Position numbers and translations under genes: made by a program
From: Gordius albopunctatus
Taxonomy: Eukaryota
Length of the DNA stretch: 64,000 bases
Direction of reading: 5' to 3'
Assembly: GCA_964276515.1 (NCBI GenBank)
Contig: OZ193909.1
Span: 12,648,001-12,712,000, forward strand
In this document: one piece after another, positions 40,047 through 52,705 of the stretch
How positions within the stretch are numbered: position 1 is the stretch's first letter
How the letters are laid out: each line of letters begins with the position of its first letter
The notes under the pieces: model-generated
The model's input: only the letters and a program-made list of their open reading frames with translations
The model's database searches: none
What the model was told of the DNA's origin: nothing

Positions 40047-41543
40047 TAAAACAAAGCTTGAAGTTCCAATTTATAGTTTATTCAAATATAACTTAAGATC
40101 ATAATAATGCGCAATTCATTACATTGTCACGTGTTAATGCCATGTTGTTTTATATAAATATGTTTAGGTAATAACATTGTATAATCATTTATTACATTTC
40201 CTTTCGCTAATTTAAGTTAGAACTAAATTTCTTGAATAAGCCGCTTAGGAGGATGTATTTCTCGATTTGACCTTCTAGGCCCTGTGCTTTCTGCAACGAT
40301 ATCTTCAACGCCTTCGTCATCGCAATTTATTTCGTCATTGCTCTCTTCTCTAACCTTCTTGGTTGGCTGGTATCGTTCCCTTAGCTGGTCACTATGCTTT
40401 TTCACGGTTCTATTCATCGTATCGACCACGTAGGAATAAGGTCCATTTTGCTTAAGGACTTTCCCCAGCCGCCATCCTTTTTTGATCTCATTTTTTACCC
40501 ATACAGCCTGACCTGGAATAAACTCTCTAGTAGCAGCTTTGTCCCTTTGCCTGTTTTCACTTTTCTCTGTCTTTTGTTCTATGTAATTGCCGACTGTTGG
40601 TTGTATCCAATCGAGTGAAGTTTTTAGGTTTCTCCACATCATCACTTTCGACTCTGTTCTCCCAGTTGATGAGTGTTCACTGATTCTATACCCCATCAAA
40701 ACGTCAAGCATACATGACTCAGGATCTTTGGTATATTCCCTCCATGCTTGATATCTGCTCTTTATAGTTCTAATAGCTCTTTCCACCAATCCATTTGTTT
40801 TTGGATGATAGGGCGTAGATCTGATGTGTCTTATATTTAAAGATTTGCAAAATTGTTCCATTTCATAATTTCGAAACTGAGGACCGTTGTCTGTAACGAT
40901 CTGTTTTGGAACTCCCCATCTTGCAAACCATTGGCGCATGGTTTTAATGGTCGTTGTAGTGGTGGAGCTATTTTGTAGCTGCACTTCGACCCATTTTGAA
41001 TATGAATCAACAGCTATGCACCAAAAATATCCATCTATGGGACCCGCGTAGTCCATATGTATACGTTCCCAAGGCTGTTCTGTTACATTCCACGAATACA
41101 GTGGAACTTCGGGCTTGTTGCATCTATTTTTTTCCATTTTGCATCATTTAAAGTCATGGGATATAAAATTTCCCTCAGTTCCTTGATTATTGGCAATCCT
41201 ATGTATGCCAAAACTATCTTCTTTTTAACTATTGGACTAGATTTAATTCCTTTTATGTCTAGGATGGCATCTAAATTGTACAGATAATCTTCAATTGAAT
41301 GAATTTCTGGATTAAATTCAGCCATGGATATTCTCTTCAGTTGCTCGTCCATTCTTGGTATATATATTTCTAATAGTTTTTCCTCGTCGCCAATAAAACA
41401 AAGCTTGAAGTTCCAATTTATAGTTTATTCAAATATAACATAAGATCATAATAATACGCAATTCATTACATTGTCACGTGTTAATGCCATGTTGTTTTAT
41501 ATAAATATGTTTAGGTAATAACATTGTATAATCATTTATTACA
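40047..41543 (-). mobile_element. 1.5-kb Ty3/gypsy LTR element with gag start and integrase only
   Basis: 150-bp LTRs at 40047-40196 and 41394-41543 with 2 mismatches, 5-bp TSD GATGG, PBS TGGCGACGAGGA, PPT AGCGAAAGGAAA. Confidence 0.95.
40223..41137 (-). CDS. Retroviral-type integrase (rve core plus C-terminal region)
   Basis: PWERIHMD, VTDNGPQF and PKTNGLVERA with the D,D,E triad intact; uninterrupted 304-aa ORF lacking the HHCC finger. Confidence 0.85.
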   Translation of the reverse strand: MEKNRCNKPEVPLYSWNVTEQPWERIHMDYAGPIDGYFWCIAVDSYSKWVEVQLQNSSTTTTTIKTMRQWFARWGVPKQIVTDNGPQFRNYEMEQFCKSLNIRHIRSTPYHPKTNGLVERAIRTIKSRYQAWREYTKDPESCMLDVLMGYRISEHSSTGRTESKVMMWRNLKTSLDWIQPTVGNYIEQKTEKSENRQRDKAATREFIPGQAVWVKNEIKKGWRLGKVLKQNGPYSYVVDTMNRTVKKHSDQLRERYQPTKKVREESNDEINCDDEGVEDIVAESTGPRRSNREIHPPKRLIQEI

Positions 41544-41836
41544 GATGGGAGGTCTCACAACCATAACGTGGAGGGAGAGGATTGGGGGCATGTTGATTAA
41601 TAAACTTTTCAAAGTTGTTTAATTCTAACTACTAAATTAATTGGAAAAGTATAATTGAACAGAAATAAAAAAAATTCAGTTTTTACTGTAAAATCTAATT
41701 TTTTTACCTATATTAAAATCAATAGTTCGAATATAAAATCTTATTTTCCAAGATATAACAAATAAACATTGGTTGTATTTTGCTAAAATAAAAAGTAAAT
41801 TAAATTATTGATACCAGCATTTGCTTATTATTTATT

Positions 41837-43910
41837 TTGGCGTCAGGTCGGAAGCCGGCTGTAAAAAAAAGCAACTACAAACACCATGGCAGCTACAAAT
41901 GCGAACTTATACCAGAATGCTAGGGCGTCCTCCCCAAACGACGCGCATTGCATCATTCGCCCGTGCAATGTGAAAAGTATACAAGGGTCACCGCCTCACT
42001 CACAACGAAGGCGGTTAAGGAATCTAGTTGTCGAACAGACAAGAGTGGCCAGCTGGAATGTGGGCACGCTGACGGGGAAGAGCATCGAGGTTGCGCAGAT
42101 GCTAAAAAGGCGAAGGATACACATAGCGTGTCTACAAGAAACGCGGTGGCATGGAACAAAAGCCAGGGAGCTAGGAGATGGTTACAAGCTATACTACTCG
42201 GGTTCCCCATCACGGAAGAACGGGGTCGGTATAGTGCTTAGCGAATCCTTAAAGGACAAGGTAGTCGAAGTCAAACGATGCTCGGATAGATTGATGTGCA
42301 TAAAGCTGGCGGATCAAGGCGGCCTAGTCAATGTTATTTGTACGTATTCGCCCCAGGTTGGATGTTCCGAAAATTAAAAGGACAAATTCTATGAAAAGCT
42401 CGAAAAAGAAATACGCTACGTGAAGCCTGACGAGAATCTCATCATCGGAGCAGACTTTAATGGGCACGTTGGGAAAGAAAGAGGCGTGTACGAACGAAAT
42501 TACGGCGGGCATGGCTATGGGGTGAAAAATAAAGATGGAGAGAAGTTACTACAGATGGCGCAAGCCTACGATATGGCCATTGTGAATACCTTCTTTCAGA
42601 AGCGTACCGAACATTTAGCGACGTACAGTAGTGGGGATCACCTTACACAGGTCGACTACATCTTAGTGAAGCGCAAAAATTTGTGACAAGTTAAAGATTG
42701 CAAGGTTATACCGGGGAAGAAATCGCCAAACAACATCAGCCAGTTGTCCTCGATATAGTAAGAAAGATTTTTCTCGTAAGGATAAAAGTCTACACACCAA
42801 GGACAAAGTACGAAAAGCTTAAGGATGATCGTGCAAATGAAATGTTTCACGCTCGAGCAACTCCGCTCTTGAAGGTTGCAGGCTTTGGGGGGCGACATTA
42901 ACAAAAGGTGGGAAACCGTTGCAAATGTCCTAAAGGAAACGGCCTTTCAAATCTTGGGACGAACTAAGAGCGGCAGAGCTCACAAGCGTTAACTATGATG
43001 GTGGAATGACTCGGTCAAAGAGGCTATAGAAGTAAAGAAGGCGTTGTACCTACGATGGTGCAAAACGAAGAAAGGAGAAAACTACGTGGCATATCGTGAA
43101 GCGAAACGCAAAGCTAAGATAGCGGTTGCGATAGCGAAGAACGAGGCTTACACCGAGATGGCAAACAAGCTCGATACCAGGGGCAGCGACATAGTCATGT
43201 ATAAACTCGCAAAGATTAGGGAGAAAAAAAGTCGAGATGTCGGGACACTGAAAGTCATTAAAAGCGAAAAGGGACAAACGTTGTGCAAACCGAAGGAAGT
43301 CATCAAAAGATGGAAAGATTATTTCCAAAATATGATGAACAAAACGAATGATAGAAGACCGCTAGAGAGGGTGGAACCGAACTCGAACTTGGTTTTACCA
43401 TTGCAGGCTCATGAAGTAGGAGCGCAACTAACGAAGATGCGGAAAGGGAAAGCGGGCGTACAAAACCATCGTGCGACCGGTCTTGCTTTACGGGAGCGAA
43501 ACATGGACTGTAACCACCGCGGAGGAGAAACTCTTGCAAGTCACGGAAATGAGAATGGTGCGATGGAGCTTAGGCTACACCAAGCTGGATCGCATGACGA
43601 ACAAATCCTTGATGACAAAGATGGGTATACAAGCGACGAAGGACTTCTTAAGAGAAAATCGACTGCGGTGGTACGGCCATGTATTACGAAGAGACGAAGA
43701 CGATGTCACACGGCAAACGCTGGAGATGGAAGTACCTGGAAGAAGAGGAAGGGGCAGACCACGTGCCACCTGGAAAAGCCTGGTCGAAAAGGATATGGAC
43801 GTCAAACAGATGGAAATTGTCATGGCATTTACGCGACTCAGATGGAAGAGGCTGCTGAAAACGTACCCCACGTCTGTGGGATTTTCAACACGATAAAGAA
43901 GAAGAAGAAG
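41837..43910 (+). mobile_element. RTE LINE with endonuclease but RT domain deleted
   Basis: SWNVGTL, LQETRW, GADFNGHVG and QVDYILV (APE); jump at ~43454 from KMRKGKA to the post-RT RPVLLYGSETW; RLRWYGHV; (AAG)n tail; several stops and frameshifts. Confidence 0.93.
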
Positions 43911-44375
43911 ATTTTTGGGGGGTTTACTTTATAGTCAAAATAAAAATGAATCTTAAATTTAATATGATTTAATTTATATTATTTCTACTATCAAAGTTTA
44001 CCAATGCAAATGTTTATATCTGGAATGTTATTAATTAGAGTATAAATAAGTCCTAATGCCTAAATTTATGGCAAATCCATATTTAAACTTTGGTCATGGA
44101 ACACAGGAATATAAAACTTTTAATGAGCTATATAAGTGGTCTAGAGGTTTAAGGGCAAAAATAGTAAACCTATATTTACATTTTTTTATTATGTGGTTAT
44201 TCTGATTTTATTAATAAGCTGGTAGAAAGTAATTGATAAAGAATATCTAATACTCATAAGGGTGTGGCCGATTTAATATTATATCCTTATATCAAAATTT
44301 ATTTTATCAAGAACCTAGAGAGTTCTTTAATAGCAATATTCCAACTCAAGGATTAAATATGTGTCCTGTTATAAT

Positions 44376-45689
44376 TATAGCTGTTAAGAACTAGTTCATT
44401 GAACTAGTTCCTATTTTACTGAACTAGTTACCTTTCCAAAAATTGAACTATGAACTTGAACTAGTTCCTTTTTTAAAACGTTGAACTTGAACTAGTTACT
44501 TTTTTACTATTCTGAACTTGAACTTTACAATATAAATGAACTAGTTCATCACAAAAATTATTATTTAAATTGAATTTATAAGCCGAGTTTGATTGTTTTT
44601 ATAAACAAAACGATTTATTAAACGCGCCTTTAAATATTTATAGAAAACTACAATCGAACCTGTATTTTTGTCAGTAAGAATTATTTGTTTAATTTTTATT
44701 TTTAAAGATGGATATTGATAGTGGTTCTACTTCTACTTCTACTTCTAATATATCCTTCGAAGTGGATAGTGTGAATGATGCAGCATGTTCTGATCTACCC
44801 AACTCTTTACCTTGACCTTCGATGGAAGATTATTTTAAATTCGTATCGTCTAAAAAAAATTCTATCGAGGCCAGGTGTAAATTGTGTGTAGGTAAGAAGA
44901 TTATTGCTGCATCAAGAACATCAACAGCCAATCTATGGAGACCTATAAAGGTAATAATTAATAAATGAGAATTCGTATAAATAATATTCTAAAATTAGGT
45001 TTCTCATTCTCATAAGGTTGATGAGATAAAGAGAGCCATTAAAAATAAACCTGGGAATTCTTGTGACCTTAAAAGGGAAAAATTTAAACAGATGGTTTTA
45101 AACCGACCTATGGATAAACAGTCCACCAAAATGGCAATTATTAAATATATTATCCAAGCCAATCAGCCATTTTCATTATGCGATTTAAGGACATTCAATT
45201 CTAATATCAAACCCATATGTAGGCAAACCCTCACAGGAAGGGTAATGAAATTAGCTAGAAGGATGAAAGACATTCTTAGAACAAAGTTGTTGGTCCCCAA
45301 ATATGTCAGTACAACTGCAGAAAAATTGTAGTTTGTTTAGTTTTGTATAAAAAAACTTTATTTGAAATTGTTTATTAAATTAGATTTTATAATATAATGG
45401 ACTATTTTTAATTTTAAATAAATAATAATAAGTTTAAATAATTGAAAAAAAACTAATTTTGGATCAGATAAAAAGTTTTTCAACTTGATTAAATTTCTAT
45501 AATATTAAAAAAAATGAGCTGAACTTGTTCATTTTGTAAAATTTGAACTAAGAACTGAACTAGTTCGTTTTTTTGGATGAACTTGAACTATTTACTTTTG
45601 AAATAATATGAACTTGAACTAATTTATTTTTTAAAATTGAACTATGAACTTGAACTAGTTCATATCTAAGATGAACTTTAACAGCTCTA
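44376..45689 (+). mobile_element. hAT deletion derivative with BED finger remnant
   Basis: TIR TATAGCTGTTAA / TTAACAGCTCTA, TSD GTTATAAT, GAACTAGTTC repeats, ARCKLC...STANL. Confidence 0.9.
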
Positions 45690-46371
45690 GTTATAATAAG
45701 GCTTAATATTTCATTTAATGATTTAGACTTATAAGGCTTAAAAATAGTAGAGATGTGTTTGAAATATAATATATTGAATAACTATTTTATATGAAAGCAT
45801 GAGAAATTAAAAAATATTAGGTTATTAAGCAATGATTGAGAATTAATCAAATGTTTAGATTAAAACTTTGAGAGTTGCCATAGGCCAAATATGCTAAATC
45901 TAGAAAGCAAACATATTATTTATATTCATTCATTATGCTTATGTTTGGTAAATAACATGTAATATATAGGAATCTAATAAATGCAAATGAAAACTGCATT
46001 TGAAACTAGGCAAAGACCTTTTATCATTATGATAAAGCATTCAATATAGAGAAATAAATATCATAACTTAAATAAACAATTAAATCAAGCATTAATTATA
46101 TTTAATGGAGCAAATAAGTAGCAAAGCATACAGCAATAGATTTAGGTACCTTTGACTTTCAAGGTAATCAGCTAAGGGGACACTGTCTTAGTATTTGGTT
46201 ATTACATCGCATAAATTTTCAATTTCAAAACATATAATGATTCTCTATGCATATTGTAAGTCCATATGTATCACTAAAATCGTCTTCACACAACATCTGC
46301 CCAAGATATTTATTCCTCTTGAGCATCTTTAAAAAATATAACATTCACGCATAAAATCAGCCTGTCATCAT

Positions 46372-49300
46372 ATGATTTTGGAAAAATTAAAATTATTTTG
46401 TAAACTATCAGCGGCTTCTTTATTCCTTGATGCTGATCAATCCGTTAAACATGAAAAAACCCACAATCTTAGTGAATCAATTAAACAAGCCGAAGAAATT
46501 GTTTTAAAATTAAGAGTAAGGTAGATCAACTCAATAATATGTTTAGGAACAATATGGAATTCCAGGCATTGTATTAGGAGTCAATGTTAACGGAGTAAAT
46601 GTTTTAGTAAAGGGTTATGGATATTCCGATGTTGAAAATTTAGTTAAATGCAATTCACAAACTGTGATGAGAATAGCAAGTATTAGCAAACCAATAACCA
46701 TGACAATCTTAGCAAAATTACTTGAATTAAAATCTTTATCCCTTGATGTACCAATAGGTTCTTACTTAACAAAATTCCCTCAAAAATATTTTGACAATGA
46801 CATGGTATATTAATTTTGATTATCATCATTTTTAAAGGTAAATATAAATCTAAGAAATATTGTTTCACACTTAAGTGGTATCCGGCATTATGATAAAGAA
46901 TGTAGAGAAATCAAAACTGCAGTAGAACCTAATAAAGTTAAGCAAATATTAGTGTATTAACAATTTTATAGAAAGATTCTTCAAAAAAAGAAACTTCTAA
47001 AGAATTTGACTTTGCAGAATATTATTTGGCATCACCTTATGCTTCTGTAGATGAGGCAATAAATATCTTTGCTAATGATCCACTGTGTGCAAAACCAGGT
47101 ATAAATTTTTGATTCTACTAGATTTTAGCAGATTATTGTTAATTTTTAATAAATTCTATAACTGTTATAATTGATATCCTTTTATTATAAATTAAACCTG
47201 ATCAATGCACAATAAAAAATAGTGATGATTGTTATTACTTTGTACATTTGCCTTAAAACAATGACTAAAGTTTAGGCTTATTTAATTTAGGTATGTTGTA
47301 ATCACCATTTTCATGTAATATGCATAAACACCTTATCCATTCTTGTCATTAGTTTTAGGAAAAAGGTGGGGAACTTGTTTCATAGTCTTTTATACAAATT
47401 TTATATATCTTATATATGGTTTTTCTGTTTTATGTATTGACAGGGTCTTGTAAAATGTGGTTTAAAAAACTTAATTGTGAATAGTTTCTTTCTAAAATAA
47501 GGCTAATAAAATATTGTGTATCATGTTGCCTAATAATTGTTGAGTGTAAATGTTTTATTTATTAAATGATTTAATGTCTTTTTTAACAGATGACAAAGGC
47601 ATTAAATTGATGTCTGTCAGCATTTTATTAAAAGTACCTTCAATTATGATCTAAATATTGTTTAATTTTAGCTTCAATTTAATTTAAAAAATAATAATAA
47701 TGAACATAGCATTAAAAGGGTGATTAAATAGATATTTTAAGATAAATTACACAAATTTGAATAGTGTAAAAAGGACAGAGGTATTTATAATGTTTAAATT
47801 AAAATTAATCATTAAAAATTTAATTATTCTCTTGGATTTAACATCTTTTAAAATTTAAGCTTTTTACAATGATGTGTAGTTAATGATATAATTATAGTAA
47901 GGCTCAAGTTGTGACATCATTAATGTGGCACCTAATTTGGTCCATTTTTCTGCTACTTCAAATCATAAATTCTTTAAAATTTATTTCCATTGGACTTTTA
48001 TACTTATGTTTTACATTGAATTTTAACAATTTATTATACCAACAACAAAAATTAGGATCCAAATTTTTGTATACAACCCACGGATGGACCCTTATAGCCG
48101 GCGCGATAGAACGCGCTACCAAGGAATCGTTCGTTAAAACGCTAAAGCAATTTTTCCAAGGCTTAGGCATGGATTCAACATACCTCGACGAAAATTCTCC
48201 CCTCATCTCTAACCGATCTAGGTGTTTAAATGAATACACTACCATTATACTCCATAAACAAATAAAAACAGGGTTTACTTCTTCAATGGGGTTCTTCCTT
48301 ATAAAAATGTCAATTTTTAATGAATGCATTGCGAAATTTAGACAAATAACCACCGAATAAACACAACTATATGAACGAAAGTTTGAATAGTTGCTTCAAC
48401 TTATATTATGACCTCAAAACAAATATTTTTATCTAAATAACGAACGCAAAGTTAACAGCTAAATATGCGTCTGTCAAAACTTTTAAAACATATATCTTGC
48501 CCCACCCTAAACCATTGGTTGCCCCTCCCCCTTTTTAATGGGAAACGTGGCTAGTGGCTACACATATTAACATCAACATTCCTCGAGTTACTAAAGACTT
48601 TGTCTCAATTAATTGAAATTTTTTCTCATAAAGGTCCGACCCGTCTGTTTTTGCTTTAAGCCCCCCCCCCCTCTATACCCCCAAAAAAACCTTGAGAAAT
48701 TTAATATAAATATGGCTAAAATTTCAAAAAAGGATCGTTTTGCCCCTCCCTAAATCATTATTGCCCCCTCCACCTATACCTCAACTCCTGGCGGCTACGC
48801 CCACGCTTCAAACCCTGTCTCTAAGTTTAATTTGCTATGCGATTTAAATTGGTGGGAGAGGGGCCAATGGGGTTTGTTATAAAATGCTTTTATTAAATCA
48901 AAGATATCAAAGGTCTTATGGGGGGGGGGGGTAGTTCGTGAACCCCTTTCACTCACTTTTCGCCCTAACAAAGAACTTTATTGTTAGCTAGGTAAGCACT
49001 GAAGTCATTTAATTATATGATGTTTTAAGTAGTCCTTACCCCACGCACTATAGTCGTCATCATAACGTAACGCGGGCACGACAGTTGTTCTCCAAAGGCG
49101 GGGTGGCCTAAGAATTGAATGGCACCTAATATATATTTTTAATAACTTGTTTGCGAATTTTCATTAAACTCTATTTACCATTTATATATTTTATAGAAAT
49201 TATAAAATTGATAGAAAATAGGTTTGTTAATTACGGATTTGCAGATATTACGTGAGGGAAGGAGCTACTAAAGATTCATCGAATTACGTCATAAAAAATT

Positions 49301-51670
49301 GTAAATACGTCGACAACTCATACAAATGGGCCGGCGGAGGGATTTTATCTACGGTGCCCGATTTGATAACTTTTGGGCTAACCATGTTGTACAGCTACCA
49401 AAATTGTAATGACCCGACACGAGTAAGCCATTTTTTAATAAAACTTTTCAACAGACCTAAACATTTTACAGAAATATAACCAATTTAAATATGTGCTATT
49501 TATGTTTGAACTATAATTTAAACTAGTGGTAGGGAAACCTGAGGTTTTATAAACCTTACCCCCCCCCCGCACCCCGGTGAGAATGAAGGTTAAAAAAATT
49601 GGGAGGGGGAGGGGCAAATCACCTCCCCCTTGTGATAAAGAGGGTAAAAAACAGGGGGGGGGTCAAATTACCCCCCTCTTCCAGATGAGAAAGAGGCTAA
49701 AAACAAGGAGGGGGTGAGAAAGAGGGTAAAAAATAAGGGGGGGGGGGAGAAACCAACGGGACAAAAAAGGGAGGGGGGCGAAGTTCTTAATTTATTTTAA
49801 AAAAAATTGTATATCAATTAAAATATTATTTATAAAATGTAAGCGCAAAATAAATAATTATGTACAAATTATGAATTTAGATTACTGAGTATTTTAGCAA
49901 AAATACTGATCATTTTTAATTTAAAGCTGAGCATTTTAAAGTTAATTTACTGATCAATTTTGAGTTTTTAACTGGGCACATTAATAAAATACTGAGCACA
50001 TTTTACTGAACATTTTTTAATTTATTAGTGTGCATTTAAATACCATCCTTTTTTAGATTTGGTCACGTCACGTTATGTAGATTTAGTAAATAAAATTGCT
50101 TAAAAATTTTATCTCGATTGACTTAAATATGAAGTTTATGCTGCTTAAATGAGGAATTCTTAATTAAGATATAAAAATAGTAAATTTATTTTTGGTGCCG
50201 CCAGGCCGTCTTACTATTTATACAATCTAAAATACATAAAATTCATACAATTGTCCCTCTTTGTCCATAAAAGAACTATTAAAAAATACAAGGTGTGTAT
50301 ATCACAGAATACTATAGATAGGCAGGGAATTTGAAAAACGTGTTATAAAAATATAACACAATGTAGATGGCAGCATATCTTTAATACACATGCATTAATT
50401 CTATCAAACAAAATGATAATTTATTAGAGAGTAAAAATTTATAGATTATATACGTAATTTTCTATTAAAATAAATTTTTTTGAACTATTTTTAATATATA
50501 TATATATATATATAATAATTTTTTTTGTTAGAGACTATAATCTAGTCGTAAAATTAAGATATAAAAAATGAAGCATACTTGTTGAAACCTCGAGGTGACC
50601 TCAAGTTTTAAGGTTTTTTTATATGAAAAACCTTCACGACCTTGTAAACCTCAAACCTGATCTGAAGTTTAGGTTTGAGAGGTTGTCAATCAACCTAAAC
50701 CTCACCGCAGGTTGACCTGAGGTGCACCTGACCTAAGGTTTTCCCCATCACTAATTTAAACACCAGCTATGAGCATGGGCGTACCCGGGGGGGGGGCGCC
50801 CCCCCTAATTTACGAAAAAAAAATTCAATGCAAAAACATTGAAAAATTACAAAAAAATATGTTTTCCCCCCTCTAAATGGAACTTTTAAACATTTTGCCC
50901 CCCTCCGCCCTAATTCAAAACCTGAGTACGCCCATGGGTATGAGATCTCCCTGTGAGTGGTGTATTCTTAATATGTTGCCTACAAAATAATTCGCTTAGT
51001 AAAGTATAAATTTAACCTTATAAATTTTTTAAAAACTCAGGTAAAAGAAGCTATGTAAATATTTAAGGAATTTAAAATCATGAATTATGTAATATTAATA
51101 AAGTTATGCCATTCTATCTATTTAATGGTGCATGTGAAGGGGTAGGGCGGAATATCACTAGTTAAGATTTATTAATATATTGTACATATCCCCTACCTAC
51201 AGAATGCCGAGGGTCAGACGCCTGGCGGTTATTTGGATTGCCAAACCGTGGCTCAACTGTGGACACCTATCGTAAAGACGCCTTATAAATCACCTTACGT
51301 TTCACACTACGGTATGGGTTGGTTTGTGTATAATCCCAATCACCCAAATGGTATCGAAGATGAAAAGGATGGGGATAAAATTAATATTCCTGCCCTGTAC
51401 GATTGTCAGAGCTGTTCGCCAAAAAATTTTGCTTGTTTCCATCATACCGGTGGCGCCGTTGGGGCTAGTAGTATTCTGGCAATATTTACAAAACCTGCTG
51501 CTAATAATACTGCTTCTGTTACCTTGAATCATGAATCTACCGATTTGCAAGGCAAAAGCGTGGCTCGTCCTGGGGTAGAAGGGGTCGTTGTTTGTCTATT
51601 AACCAATCTGCAGGGGGTTAGTTTGACCAAAGCAGCCTTTGATATTGGAAAGTTGTTTGTCAATCAATGA
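46372..51670 (+). CDS. LACTB: Serine beta-lactamase-like protein LACTB; 5' end uncertain
   Basis: Exons ~46372-46515, 46547-46804, 46838-46936, 46972-47098, 48056-48221, 49245-49422, 51203-51670. Motifs: MRIASISK (SxxK), SHLSGIRHY, FLYTTHGWTL, VDNSYKWAGGG, YGMGW, HTGGAVGASS. An upstream exon near 46238 is possible. Confidence 0.94.
49524..50753. mobile_element. Non-autonomous hAT element in a LACTB intron
   Basis: TIR TAGTGGTAGGGAAACCT / AGGTTTTCCCCATCACTA, TSD ATTTAAAC, ACCT repeats. Confidence 0.88.
50774..50936. mobile_element. Short hAT-type MITE, same family as 24459
   Basis: TIR CATGGGCGTAC / GTACGCCCATG, TSD GCTATGAG / GGTATGAG. Confidence 0.85.
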
Positions 51671-52705
51671 AGAAATTTTATTTATAAAATTCCTATTTTA
51701 ATGTTTTGGATTAAATCATTGGGCACATTAGAAAATGGTGGCAATGTAAATATTATAATTGAAATGCAAAATAATAAAGTTATTTATGGTTTTTGTATAA
51801 GTTGATTAGTTTGGGATTGGTGCTATAAACTACATATTTGAGAAAATCTGATTTATACTCAACCGCTCTAATGCACATTGTAAATGCATATTAACTTATT
51901 ATAAAGCATTTAATCTAACCTATGAAAGAAAATATATATGCAGCAATAAAATAGTTAATCTTCATATATTATATCCTTAATATGTTTTTGCAACCTTTTA
52001 AAGCATTTTTAACATGATTAAATATAAAATTAATTAGTTATAAGCATTCTTTGCAAATTTTAGATTAGCAAATACGCAAATAAGTTATCGTAGTTTTATT
52101 ATGCTTTTCACTTTATTTAAAAATAAAGTTAATGTTTCAAAGACACAATTCCCAAGTGAAAATAATTTTGTAGAAATGTAAGAGCATTAGGTTTTGACAA
52201 AATTTGTTTGAATTGAAGCTCTTATAAAATATTTTGTGTAAATGTGATGTCAAATCAGCAATTTAAATGCAACTTGCTAATATAGATACCTCTAAGTGTT
52301 GCAAAATTCTTTATGAATATAAAATTACCTACCCATACTATTTGATTTGTTAAATCCAAAAATATTTATATAACTCTTCATATTATAATAAGACATTAAC
52401 AAAAATGAGCACCTTGTTGACTAATTAAATATCCTGGATAAACACCCAGTATTTAGGTAGGTCAATAACATTAAATTAAGCATGATTTTTATATATAAAA
52501 CATTTTAACAAGACTTATGAAGATAAACATGATTTCTCATTAAAAAGATGCCCAGGAGATTTTAGGTCAGAAAAGCTAGTTCTCTTCATAATAATTTGGG
52601 GTGGGCTTGGAGCCCGGGGAGGGAAAGGCAAAGCCTGCCATAGATTCTCATCGTTCTTCAGGCTACCAAAACTTGCTTCCAATTATTAAATATGATATGA
52701 ATAGT

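Noticed and set aside
44388..44550. CRISPR-like array of GAACTAGTTC repeats
   Set aside because: Spacing is irregular and the repeats lie inside hAT TIRs with a TSD; they are subterminal repeats.
46372..51670. Horizontally acquired bacterial beta-lactamase
   Set aside because: It has spliceosomal introns and motifs typical of the ordinary animal LACTB.
52570..52670. Hammerhead ribozyme or SECIS element in the PNRC-like 3' region
   Set aside because: CUGAAGA lacks a following stem and GAAA, and the AUGA/GA stem is too short for a SECIS.
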